A stretch of 24,599 nucleotides of DNA from Candidatus Subteraquimicrobiales bacterium (GTDB lineage Bacteria; Actinomycetota; Aquicultoria; Subteraquimicrobiales; DATBWY01). Location of the stretch: assembly GCA_036514555.1 (NCBI GenBank), contig DATBWY010000078.1:1-24599 (forward strand). The letters run 5' to 3'. The position numbers and the translations under genes are program-made. The first letter of the stretch is position 1. Each line of letters begins with the position of its first letter. Shown here piece by piece: positions 16,001 to 24,130 of the stretch. Below the pieces are notes generated by a model. It searched no databases and had not been told where the DNA came from. It saw nothing but the letters and a program-made list of their open reading frames with translations.

Positions 16001-17143
16001 TTAATTTGAGTTCCTGTTTTCGTGGACATAAAGGGCGTAGGTTATATTCTCAACTTCTTTTGCGGTTTCAACGGCTTGTTTAATTTCTTCGGCCATAAGT
16101 TCACTTTCTAAAATCTTCCTCAGACAAACCTCATCCACTTTGATCACTTGTTCCCAAAGACCCAAGGGTTCTAGTATCTCCTTCAGCCTTTCGGAATTAT
16201 ATTGCGGCTGAACACGGCGGCCGCGAGAAATAATCGTATTTTCGGTAAAGAGGCGAGTGAGTTTATGCTCTTCGCAATAGTTATGAATAATTTCTTTGAG
16301 CTCTGAGAGGCGTGACTGAATTTTTACCCCGTCTCTTTTTAGACCCGCATACTCGTCGGCTACCTTTTTTATATCCTCGCCAGTGATTCCACCCTCAGCC
16401 TCTTCTTTAAGAAATTTGTGTTTGAACAGGGGGCAGCGATTTTGAAAGTCACACCAAGGGCAGAGGGGATTTTCCCGAGCTTTGAAGGTTCCGTTAGCTC
16501 CGTCCTTAGAGATGTTCTCGGCCACGGATCTAATAATATTTCTGGTTCGACGAGCATCGGTTTCATTCCGGGTGGTGCTTATTCGCTGGTCTGGGATCAA
16601 AAAGTAAAGGGTTAATTTTTCGGGTTCTATCCCCCACAGTTCTTTGGAGGCAAGATAATAGATGGAGAGCTGAAGATCGGAATCAACCCTATATTTAGGA
16701 GGAATATTTCTGCCCGTTTTGTAGTCTATTATTTCATAACCTCCAGCGGGAAGTTTGTCTAGACGGTCAATAATCCCTCGTAAAACGTGTCCATCAAGTT
16801 CAACCTCAAATCGCTGTTCGACCGCGGCCGGAATCTGAAATTGCGAAGCGTTTGAGTGGTAAAAATTGGTCAAGACCTGCTTGGCGTGCTCAAAGTACTG
16901 TTGTTCTTCCGCTTCACTGCTGTAACCCGCTTTTTCCCAGGTTTGAGTTAGGTGGCCCAGAAGTTCCTCCAGGGAAGGGGGTTTGGGAACTGTAACGGCG
17001 TAGAATTTTTCCAGGGCGGCGTGCAGGCTAGTTCCAAAGCTTAAGACAGGGGTTCTTTTAGTTGGTAATTTATCGACGTACATAAACTTATAGGAAAGCG
17101 GGCAGTTCTTATAGGTTGAAATAGCTGAAAAACTTAGTTTCAT
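16001..17143 (-). CDS. RecB-family PD-(D/E)XK nuclease with four-Cys (Cas4/AddB-like) motif and a C-terminal extension
   Basis: LSFSAISTYKNCP, GTSLH-x-ALE, GIIDRLD, IIDYKTG, QLSIY, CPWCDFQNRC. ATG 17143 with AAGGA SD; GTG 17146 is an alternative start. Confidence 0.88.
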   Translation of the reverse strand: MKLSFSAISTYKNCPLSYKFMYVDKLPTKRTPVLSFGTSLHAALEKFYAVTVPKPPSLEELLGHLTQTWEKAGYSSEAEEQQYFEHAKQVLTNFYHSNASQFQIPAAVEQRFEVELDGHVLRGIIDRLDKLPAGGYEIIDYKTGRNIPPKYRVDSDLQLSIYYLASKELWGIEPEKLTLYFLIPDQRISTTRNETDARRTRNIIRSVAENISKDGANGTFKARENPLCPWCDFQNRCPLFKHKFLKEEAEGGITGEDIKKVADEYAGLKRDGVKIQSRLSELKEIIHNYCEEHKLTRLFTENTIISRGRRVQPQYNSERLKEILEPLGLWEQVIKVDEVCLRKILESELMAEEIKQAVETAKEVENITYALYVHENRNSN

Positions 17144-17175
17144 CACACCTTCCTTGCGTACTTTAAATAAGAACT

Positions 17176-19254
17176 TTAATGATTACTCGTTTTTGCTTGG
17201 GCTTCAGCGATGACTTTGTCTCTTATATCCTTGGGAACCTCTTCGTAGTGAGAAAATTCAATCGAAAATGTGCCCCGTCCGTGGGTAATAGATCTTAATT
17301 CACTGGCGTAATTTGCCACTTCAGCTAGGGGGACCTTAGCTTTAACAACTTGATTCCGCCCCCGAGCGTCCATCCCCAATACTTTTCCTCTTTTTCCGCT
17401 CAAGTCTCCAATGGTATCTCCCATATATTGTTCCGGGATAATCACTTCCATATTTACTATTGGTTCCAAGAGAACAGGTTTTGCGTCCAGGGCCGCTTTT
17501 TTGAAAGCAAGAGAACCAGCGATTTTAAAAGCCATATCCGAAGAGTCAACCGGGTGGTAGCTTCCGTCGTACAGTGTTACTCTAATGTCGACGATGTGGC
17601 ATCCGGCCAGTAGCCCCGTGTCCAAGGCCTCTTTTACACCCTTTTCGACCGAGGGAATATAATTTTTGGGGATCGACCCTCCCGTAATTTTGTCTACGAA
17701 TTCAAAACCCTTTCCTGTTTTGAGTGGCTCAACCTCTATCCAGGTGTCTCCGTATTGCCCTCGTCCGCCCGTTTGTTTCTTATACTTGCCTTGGGCTTTC
17801 GCTTTGGCAAGAATTGTTTCTTTGTAGGGTATGCGTGGCGCGGAACGAGTGGTTTCAACGCCGAATCTTCGGTGGAGACGGTCCACGATTACTTCAAGGT
17901 GGAGGTCGCCAAGGCCGGAGGCGAGAGTTTGTTTTGTCTCCGGATCCCGCTTGACAGTAAAAGTAGGGTCTTCCTCCGCCAATTTGGCCAGAGAAGTACT
18001 TAGCTTTTCTTCATCACCTCTGGTTTTGGGCTCAATGGCCACCGAAAAGAGGGGTTCAGGAAATTTAATGGAGGGCAAAATGACCGGCTGATTTTCGCTA
18101 CACAAGGTATCACCGGTCGTTGTCACTTCAAGTTTGGGAGCCGCTCCAATATCTCCAGTTGGAACTTGTTTAATGTCTTCTTGAGTTTTTCCTTTCAGTT
18201 GAAGAAGGTGTCCCAGACGCTCTTTCTTTTCCTTGGTGGCGTTATAAATGGTCGAATCGGCTGTGACGGCACCGGAATACACTTTGAAGTAGGTAAGTCT
18301 TCCAATATAGGGGTCGGTTACCGTTTTAAAAACGAGCGCTAAAGGATTTTTGTTTTCTTCTGGTTTTATTGCTACTTCTTCATTTTGAGGGTTTGTGGCT
18401 TTGATTTCGCCGTGCTCGAGGGGTGAGGGAAAATAGTCTACAATGCTATCCAAAAGAAGGCTGGTTCCAATATTTTTAAAGGCAGAGCCACAAAGAACCG
18501 GGATAATTGAGCCCTTCAAGATGCCTTTTTTCAAAGCGGTTTTTATTTCATCCTCAGGGAGGGTGCCGGAATCTAGATATTTTTCAAGTAACTCGTCGCT
18601 GGTTTCGGCCGCCGACTCCACCAATTTTTCGTTGTATTCAGCCGCTTGAGCCTCCAGATTCTCGGGAATTTTGTCCTCTTTTACCTCTTTGCCGGCTCCC
18701 TTAAAAGCCTTCAACTTTATGAGGTCGACGACTCCCTCGAAAGTCTTTTCTTTGCCAATTGGTAGCTGAAAAAGGGTTAAGCCGGCCTTGGGAAAAGCTT
18801 CCTTAGCCATCTTTAGGGTCTCTTCAAAATTAGCATTCTCCTTATCAAGGCGGTTTATAAAAACAAGACGCGGAAGGCCGTATTCTTTAGCGTACTGCCA
18901 CGCTCGCTCGGTTTGGACCTCAACTCCAGAAACAGCGCAGACGTTAATCAAGGCGATGTCGGCTACTCTTAAGGCGCTTATTACCTCGGCGACGAAGTCG
19001 GCGTACCCCGGAGTGTCCAAAATATTAATTTTGTAATTTTTCCACTCCACCGGGGCTAAAGCGGTTGATATAGACATTTTTCGTTTGATTTCATCGGGAT
19101 CATAGTCGCTGGTTGTTGTGCCGTCGTCAACTTTTCCCAATCTCGTGATGGCTCCCGAGGTGTAGAGCATTGCTTCAGTAAGCGTTGTTTTTCCGGAACC
19201 ACCGTGACCTACTATACTCACGTTTCTCAAAGTCTCTGAAGAGTAATTCGCCAC
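17176..19254 (-). CDS. Elongation factor G paralogue (EF-G2 / FusA2-like)
   Basis: Full five-domain length (692 aa). GHGGSGKT, RKMSI, DTPGYADF, NRLD, GLGDLHLE, KQTGGRGQYG, HPVDSS-x-MAF. Divergent G-motifs and location outside the str operon indicate a paralogue. Confidence 0.92.
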   Translation of the reverse strand: MANYSSETLRNVSIVGHGGSGKTTLTEAMLYTSGAITRLGKVDDGTTTSDYDPDEIKRKMSISTALAPVEWKNYKINILDTPGYADFVAEVISALRVADIALINVCAVSGVEVQTERAWQYAKEYGLPRLVFINRLDKENANFEETLKMAKEAFPKAGLTLFQLPIGKEKTFEGVVDLIKLKAFKGAGKEVKEDKIPENLEAQAAEYNEKLVESAAETSDELLEKYLDSGTLPEDEIKTALKKGILKGSIIPVLCGSAFKNIGTSLLLDSIVDYFPSPLEHGEIKATNPQNEEVAIKPEENKNPLALVFKTVTDPYIGRLTYFKVYSGAVTADSTIYNATKEKKERLGHLLQLKGKTQEDIKQVPTGDIGAAPKLEVTTTGDTLCSENQPVILPSIKFPEPLFSVAIEPKTRGDEEKLSTSLAKLAEEDPTFTVKRDPETKQTLASGLGDLHLEVIVDRLHRRFGVETTRSAPRIPYKETILAKAKAQGKYKKQTGGRGQYGDTWIEVEPLKTGKGFEFVDKITGGSIPKNYIPSVEKGVKEALDTGLLAGCHIVDIRVTLYDGSYHPVDSSDMAFKIAGSLAFKKAALDAKPVLLEPIVNMEVIIPEQYMGDTIGDLSGKRGKVLGMDARGRNQVVKAKVPLAEVANYASELRSITHGRGTFSIEFSHYEEVPKDIRDKVIAEAQAKTSNH

Positions 19255-19519
19255 TAGTCCCTCCTTAACAGGAAAAAGCTCTAAAAGAGGAGAAGATGGG
19301 TTACATTTTACAACATAGAAGTTTAGGTTTCCAGAAAATAAAGAAAAATACGATCCTTATTTGAGCGAGGTAAAAGATTAATCTTCTCTTAAAGGAAGAA
19401 GAGGCTTCGTGCCGAAAATTATTGGTAAATCCGGACCTACCAAAATAAGGCATTTTTGAAAGAAATTCTTTAGTTCCTAATCAAAGGCTAGACCCGGGTT
19501 TTGTTGAAAGTTTGCGAAA

Positions 19520-19528
19520 TGATAAAAT
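19520..19528 (+). promoter_or_regulatory. Extended -10 promoter candidate for the L,D-transpeptidase gene
   Basis: TG-A-TAAAAT about 48 nt upstream of ATG 19577. Confidence 0.4.
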
Positions 19529-19576
19529 GGGTTTGATACGGAGTAAGCTCAACAATTTTTTTATTTTATAAAAAAT

Positions 19577-20896
19577 ATGAAAAAAAAGACCAGACGTAAA
19601 ATCCTTTTTCTGGCTTCCATTGTTCTTTTTCTTTTTTTGGCAGGATGGGGAAGTATTTATGGATTCGCTGACCGGTTCGTCAAATTTGTGCCAAAAGAAG
19701 ATTCATTTCTTCCGGTAGGTGCTCCAACAATCTCTGCTAAGTGGGAGCGCATACCGGGCGTGAAGCTAGTCCGAGCCCGCATTGTCCTTGACGGAGAAGA
19801 TATTTCCTCGCGAGGTTCCCTTTCGACGACCGGTTTTATTTATAAGTCGCTTGCCGCTCTTGAGGAGGGAAAGCACACCCTAAAAGTTACGCTCGATTAC
19901 CGGTTTTTACTGGTTCGTCACCTCAAAAGAACCTGGAATTTTACCACCGACACCATTCCTCCCGGAATCACTCTAAAAGGATCGGTAGACGGCTTAATCG
20001 GAACGGCGAAACCTCAGTTTGATTTGGCGGGAGCAACTGAGCCCCGAGCTAAGCTTAGAGTTAGTTTTAAAGGCCGCCAAATTCCCAAGGTTAAATTGGA
20101 TCCGGAGGGTAGGTTTGCGCTCAACCTAAAAACTGACTCCAAAAGTAATAAATTAAAGATGTCAACGGTAGACCGGGCCGGCAACAGGTACCATCAAGTG
20201 CTTTCGGTAATTTATGACAAGGCTCCGCCGGAGATTGTGACTTTAAACCCGGCCCCAAATACAATAGTCCGTACCCAAAAACCGGAGCTGGTTGCGAAGT
20301 TAAATGAACCGGATTCCGTTATTCGCTCAGCCATTTTAAAGATTGACGGAAAAACTGTTGCTACCAGTTACGATCCTCAAAATCAGACGCTTCTTTTCGT
20401 ACCACAAGTATTTTTTGACGGAACCCACAGTGCCGCTCTAGAGGTGGTAGACGCCGCTGGTAACAAAAATTTTAAAGAATGGGTGTTTACGGTTGATACG
20501 AGTCACATAAGGATTAGTCTTGCTCAGAGAAGACTCTTTTTTCACAAAGGGGGACAACTCTTAGGGACTTACCCCGTGGCCGTAGGACTACCCCAATTTC
20601 CGACTCCTCAAGGAAACTTTAGAATTATTAGAAAACGAAAAAATCCGGCCTGGGTCAATCCTGGGGCGGATTGGGCCCAAAGCATGCCTGATAAAATTCC
20701 ACCAGGACCGGATAATCCTCTGGGTCAAAGGGCGCTGGATCTTAGTGCGCCGGGAATTAGGATTCACGGGACTCCGAGCATCGGATCCATAGGGCGTGCC
20801 GCTTCCCACGGTTGTGTTCGAATGTATCCATGGAACATTGAGGTGCTCTTTGATCAAGTTGGGGTGGGAACGCCGGTCGAAATTTCTTTGCAGTGA
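19577..20896 (+). CDS. Membrane-anchored L,D-transpeptidase (YkuD family) with Ig-like repeats
   Basis: Basic N-terminus plus hydrophobic helix, repeated beta-rich D-x2-PP / G-x-H / D-x-AGN segments, catalytic IHGT...SHGCVRM, and YPVAVG...TP-x-G. Confidence 0.92.
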   Translation: MKKKTRRKILFLASIVLFLFLAGWGSIYGFADRFVKFVPKEDSFLPVGAPTISAKWERIPGVKLVRARIVLDGEDISSRGSLSTTGFIYKSLAALEEGKHTLKVTLDYRFLLVRHLKRTWNFTTDTIPPGITLKGSVDGLIGTAKPQFDLAGATEPRAKLRVSFKGRQIPKVKLDPEGRFALNLKTDSKSNKLKMSTVDRAGNRYHQVLSVIYDKAPPEIVTLNPAPNTIVRTQKPELVAKLNEPDSVIRSAILKIDGKTVATSYDPQNQTLLFVPQVFFDGTHSAALEVVDAAGNKNFKEWVFTVDTSHIRISLAQRRLFFHKGGQLLGTYPVAVGLPQFPTPQGNFRIIRKRKNPAWVNPGADWAQSMPDKIPPGPDNPLGQRALDLSAPGIRIHGTPSIGSIGRAASHGCVRMYPWNIEVLFDQVGVGTPVEISLQ

Positions 20897-20998
20897 GACG
20901 TGATAATTTGTCGGGCGGCACGCTCCGGGAAATCCGTTTTTAAGACGTTTGCGGCTGTGAGATTAGACTTTATTTTAGAGGAGATTGGTTTTAAGAGG

Positions 20999-21790
20999 AT
21001 GACTAAAGAATCAACCGGTGTCGTCACTGCATTAACAATTGGTGGTTCGGATCCAAGCGCGGGCGCTGGTGTTCAGGTGGACGCTCTCACCTTGGCCCAA
21101 CTTAAAGTGTTTCCTTTCTCGGTAATTACCGCGGTGACCGCTCAAAACAGCTTAGGTGTTACTGTTACCTTTCCTTTACCTCCAAGACTAGTTTTGGACC
21201 AGCTAGAAGCGATTTTTAGAGATTTTGGGGTAAGTGTTGTTAAAACGGGTATGCTGGGAAGCAAAGCCAACGCCATGGCCGTTTCCAGGTTTTTAAAAGA
21301 ACAAAAGATGCCATTGGTAGTGGACCCCGTCTTAAAGGCTTCAGACGGCACCCCCCTTTTTGAGGACTCCGATCTTTCCGTTTTTAAAGAAGAATTATTT
21401 CCCTTAGCTATTTTGGTTACTCCCAATATTGAGGAGGTTCGAAGGCTTACGGGGATTTCTGTCCGTGACACTAGTGACATAGATGATGCGGCCAAGACTA
21501 TGTATGGCCTCGGGGCCAAGTGGGTTCTGATAAAAGGAGGACACCTAAAAGGGGAGGATAGTTCAGATTTTCTCTATGACGGGAAGGAATTGAGGAGATT
21601 TCCGGGTGAGAAAATAGGAACCGAGATGCGTGGAACAGGATGCATTTTTGCCTCGGCAATCGCTGCTCATTTAGCGCAAGGAAAGAATGTCCCCGAAGCG
21701 ACGAAACTCGCCAAAGAGCTTGTGACCGGAAAGATAAAATCGGCTTTTTCGCTAGGGGAAGGAAGGCCCCAGGCGCTTCCGTGGACCTAA
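20999..21790 (+). CDS. thiD: Hydroxymethylpyrimidine/phosphomethylpyrimidine kinase
   Basis: TIGGSDPSAGAGVQVD, TAVTAQN, VKTGML, VVDPV, VTPNIEE, LIKGGH, GTGC. Start ATG 20999 preferred to the track start 20900. Confidence 0.92.
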   Translation: MTKESTGVVTALTIGGSDPSAGAGVQVDALTLAQLKVFPFSVITAVTAQNSLGVTVTFPLPPRLVLDQLEAIFRDFGVSVVKTGMLGSKANAMAVSRFLKEQKMPLVVDPVLKASDGTPLFEDSDLSVFKEELFPLAILVTPNIEEVRRLTGISVRDTSDIDDAAKTMYGLGAKWVLIKGGHLKGEDSSDFLYDGKELRRFPGEKIGTEMRGTGCIFASAIAAHLAQGKNVPEATKLAKELVTGKIKSAFSLGEGRPQALPWT

Positions 21791-21811
21791 AGTTAGCACC
21801 ATTTTTGGATG

Positions 21812-21840
21812 GCCGAAGGCATAAGGCCTGAGGCTCGGGC
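21812..21840. repeat. Short intergenic hairpin element, copy 1
   Basis: GCCGAA...GCCTGAGGCTCGGGC, similar to 24048-24070. Confidence 0.45.
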
Positions 21841-21912
21841 CAAGTCTTGAGCTCAAAAGTTAAGAGTTTCCTAATTCCGGATTTTTGATTCCAGTTTCAG
21901 CCGAGGAGAATT

Positions 21913-22473
21913 ATGAAAATCGGGGTGGTCAGTGACACTCACGGTGACCTAAAAGGGTGGAGGGCCGCTCAAGAGGTTTTCAAAGGCGCCGATTATATCG
22001 TCCATGCCGGAGACATTCTTTACCACGGCCCGTTCAATCCAATTTTAACTACTTATAATCCACTTAAGCTCGCCAAAGATCTTAATAGATCCCCAATTCC
22101 TATTATTTTTGCCAAGGGGAATTGTGATTCTGACGTTGACACGCTTGCTCTCGAATATCCCATTGAAAATCCTTATGCCTTCATTTTTGTTGAGGGCTTA
22201 AGGATTATGGTTAATCACGGGGACCGGTTGGAGTCAAAAAGTTTAGCCGATTTAGCCAAAAAATACCTGATAGATATACTCATTATCGGGCACACCCATA
22301 TCTATGAGGTAGAAAGAAGCGATGATGTTATTATTCTTAACCCGGGGAGTCCCTCCATACCAAAGGGAGCCGGGATTCCTACAGTTGCCGTGATAAAAAT
22401 CGAGGAAAGCAAGAGAAATATCGAAATCGTGGATATTGAAGCAAAAAAAGGAGTTGAATCGATTGAATTCTAA
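21913..22473 (+). CDS. YfcE-like metallophosphoesterase (phosphodiesterase)
   Basis: SDTHG, HAGDILYHGP-x-NP, KGNCDS-x-VD, HGD, GHTH, NPGS. GAGGAG SD. Confidence 0.92.
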   Translation: MKIGVVSDTHGDLKGWRAAQEVFKGADYIVHAGDILYHGPFNPILTTYNPLKLAKDLNRSPIPIIFAKGNCDSDVDTLALEYPIENPYAFIFVEGLRIMVNHGDRLESKSLADLAKKYLIDILIIGHTHIYEVERSDDVIILNPGSPSIPKGAGIPTVAVIKIEESKRNIEIVDIEAKKGVESIEF

Positions 22474-22481
22474 CGTTTATC

Positions 22482-22670
22482 TTACGCTACGACCACTTTT
22501 CCGGCCTTGAGACACTTGGCGCAGATGTTTATTTTTTTCGGGGAACCATTCACTACGGCGCGAACTTTGTGAATGTTCGGTTTCCATCTCCGGGGGGTAC
22601 GCCGATGGGAGTGGCTAACCTTCTTCCCGAACAGGGAACCCTTGCCGCACACGTGACACACTTTAATCAC
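22482..22670 (-). CDS. rpmB: 50S ribosomal protein L28, four-Cys form
   Basis: CHVCGK, G-x2-VSHS-x-R-x-T-x-R-x-WKPN, [14 protein letters not shown] start with AAGGAG SD. Confidence 0.96.
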   Translation of the reverse strand: MIKVCHVCGKGSLFGKKVSHSHRRTPRRWKPNIHKVRAVVNGSPKKINICAKCLKAGKVVVA

Positions 22671-22760
22671 CTTTATCTCCTTCTAAAGCCCAATATAAGG
22701 GGCTGGTTTGGCAAATTTTTTTAAAAATATTTGAAAATAATGTCGTTTGCAAACAGAATA

Positions 22761-22789
22761 ATCTTAACATTCCTGAATAAACTAGGCAA
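22761..22789 (-). promoter_or_regulatory. Sigma70-type promoter for rpmB
   Basis: On the minus strand: TTGCCT, 17-nt spacer, TAAGAT with a TG extension. Confidence 0.6.
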
Positions 22790-23007
22790 GAATCTCTTTC
22801 TTTTAGGGTCCGCTCGCAGTGCTGGGATTCTCGAGACTCACGACTCTAAAGCGAATCCATCCAAAGGTCGCAACTTAAAATCTTCTCGGCTTTAATTATT
22901 AAGGTTTTTGGGATACCATCTCTTTAAGAATTATGGGACTTTACCAAATCAAAGACGAAACAAGTTCGTGGGACCCAACAAGTGTCCAGTTAACGTTGAG
23001 GAAAAGG

Positions 23008-23880
23008 ATGCCGGAGTTACCCGAGGTCGAGACGGTTAAAGAAGACTTAAAACAAAAGATTGTTGGCGCCAGAATCTTAGAAGCGAAAACCGATTGGGAA
23101 AAGATTGTAAAAGAGCCAAGCTTTGACCGGTTTTCCCAGCAGATTGTCGGGAAAAAAATAGTGGATGTCTCCCGCCGCGCTAAAAACATTATTGTGACTC
23201 TTTCAGCGGAAAAAACGCTTTTAATTCACCTTAAAATGACTGGCCATCTCCTTGTCGCCGACGAAACTATCCCCATTGTTAACGGAAAATGGGTTGCTCG
23301 ACCAGGAAGCTCCCTGGCGGACCCCCAAAATCAATTTATTCATCTAATATTAGACCTGGACACTCATAAAGTGCTCGCTCTTTCCGATCTTAGAAAGTTT
23401 GCCAGTGTAAGGCTGGTTTCAACCGAAAAGCTGTCGGAAATTCTGGCCGACTATGGCCCCGAACCCCTGGACCCCGACTTCACTTTTGATAGATTTAAAG
23501 AGGCCCTAAAGGGGCGAAAAGGCCCGATCAAAAAAGTGTTGATGGACCAGTCCGTTATTGCCGGTATTGGTAATATTTATGCCGATGAAATTCTTTTTGA
23601 TGCTAAAATTTATCCTAAAACACCCACTTTAAAACTGACCAAAGACCAGTTAAGGCGGATATATGAAAGTATTCCAAAAATTTTGACCGAGGCTATCCGC
23701 TTAAGGGGCACTTCAACCTCGGATTTTCGAGACACGGCTGGTGACAAGGGTTCATATGGGGATGTTCGCCGAGTCTACCGGAAGCACGGAGAGCCGTGTC
23801 CGGTTTGCGGGACCAAGATTGAAAGGATAACTGTGGGAGGAAGAGGCACCCATTTTTGCCCCAATTATCAGAAACATTGA
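23008..23880 (+). CDS. mutM: Formamidopyrimidine-DNA glycosylase (Fpg)
   Basis: MPELPEVET at ATG 23008 (the catalytic Pro must be N-terminal, so the track start 22933 is wrong), RRAK, HLKMTG, D-x-RKF, LMDQ-x2-IAGIGNIYADE, Zn finger CPVC...CPNY. Confidence 0.95.
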   Translation: MPELPEVETVKEDLKQKIVGARILEAKTDWEKIVKEPSFDRFSQQIVGKKIVDVSRRAKNIIVTLSAEKTLLIHLKMTGHLLVADETIPIVNGKWVARPGSSLADPQNQFIHLILDLDTHKVLALSDLRKFASVRLVSTEKLSEILADYGPEPLDPDFTFDRFKEALKGRKGPIKKVLMDQSVIAGIGNIYADEILFDAKIYPKTPTLKLTKDQLRRIYESIPKILTEAIRLRGTSTSDFRDTAGDKGSYGDVRRVYRKHGEPCPVCGTKIERITVGGRGTHFCPNYQKH

Positions 23881-24040
23881 TTAAGACCAAGTTTTATCTG
23901 GAGTATCCAGCGGACGTACTCTCTCCGTCCGAAAATCGTTGATTGAACCTCAGTGGTTTCGGAACAACACACAGAAGTCGTTCCTTCCAATAAACAGAAA
24001 ATCGAGGCGCATTCAAACCTATGCGGTGTAAGAACGGAGC

Positions 24041-24083
24041 CCCGCCTGCCGAACGCCTGAAGCCACGGGCAATGGCGGGCAGG
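24041..24083. repeat. REP-like palindromic element, copy 2 of the hairpin family
   Basis: CCCGCCTGCC...GGCGGGCAGG outer stem (one mismatch, one G-U pair) enclosing GCCGAAC-GCCTGAAGCCACGGGC. Confidence 0.5.
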
Positions 24084-24130
24084 TCTGTCTGCGTCGGAAG
24101 ACCTTTTTAAAAGGAGTCATCAGTCTGGCA

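Noticed and set aside
16001-17143. Cas4 of a CRISPR-Cas locus
   Set aside because: No array, cas1/cas2 or other cas genes in the window.
15985-22841. 11-bp match TCGAGACTCAC between 15985-15995 (reverse) and 22831-22841
   Set aside because: It does not extend, and about one such match is expected by chance among the intergenic DNA.
1911-23890. The many 60-135 aa antisense or alternate-frame ORFs overlapping thi genes, ileS, the EF-G paralogue, ldt, thiD and mutM
   Set aside because: All lie almost entirely within well-supported genes and show no recognisable motifs; treated as shadow ORFs.
23881-24130. c-di-AMP (ydaO) or c-di-GMP riboswitch before the amidase
   Set aside because: Conserved aptamer motifs are absent; only isolated hairpins such as CGGACG/CGTCCG at 23911-23931 are seen.
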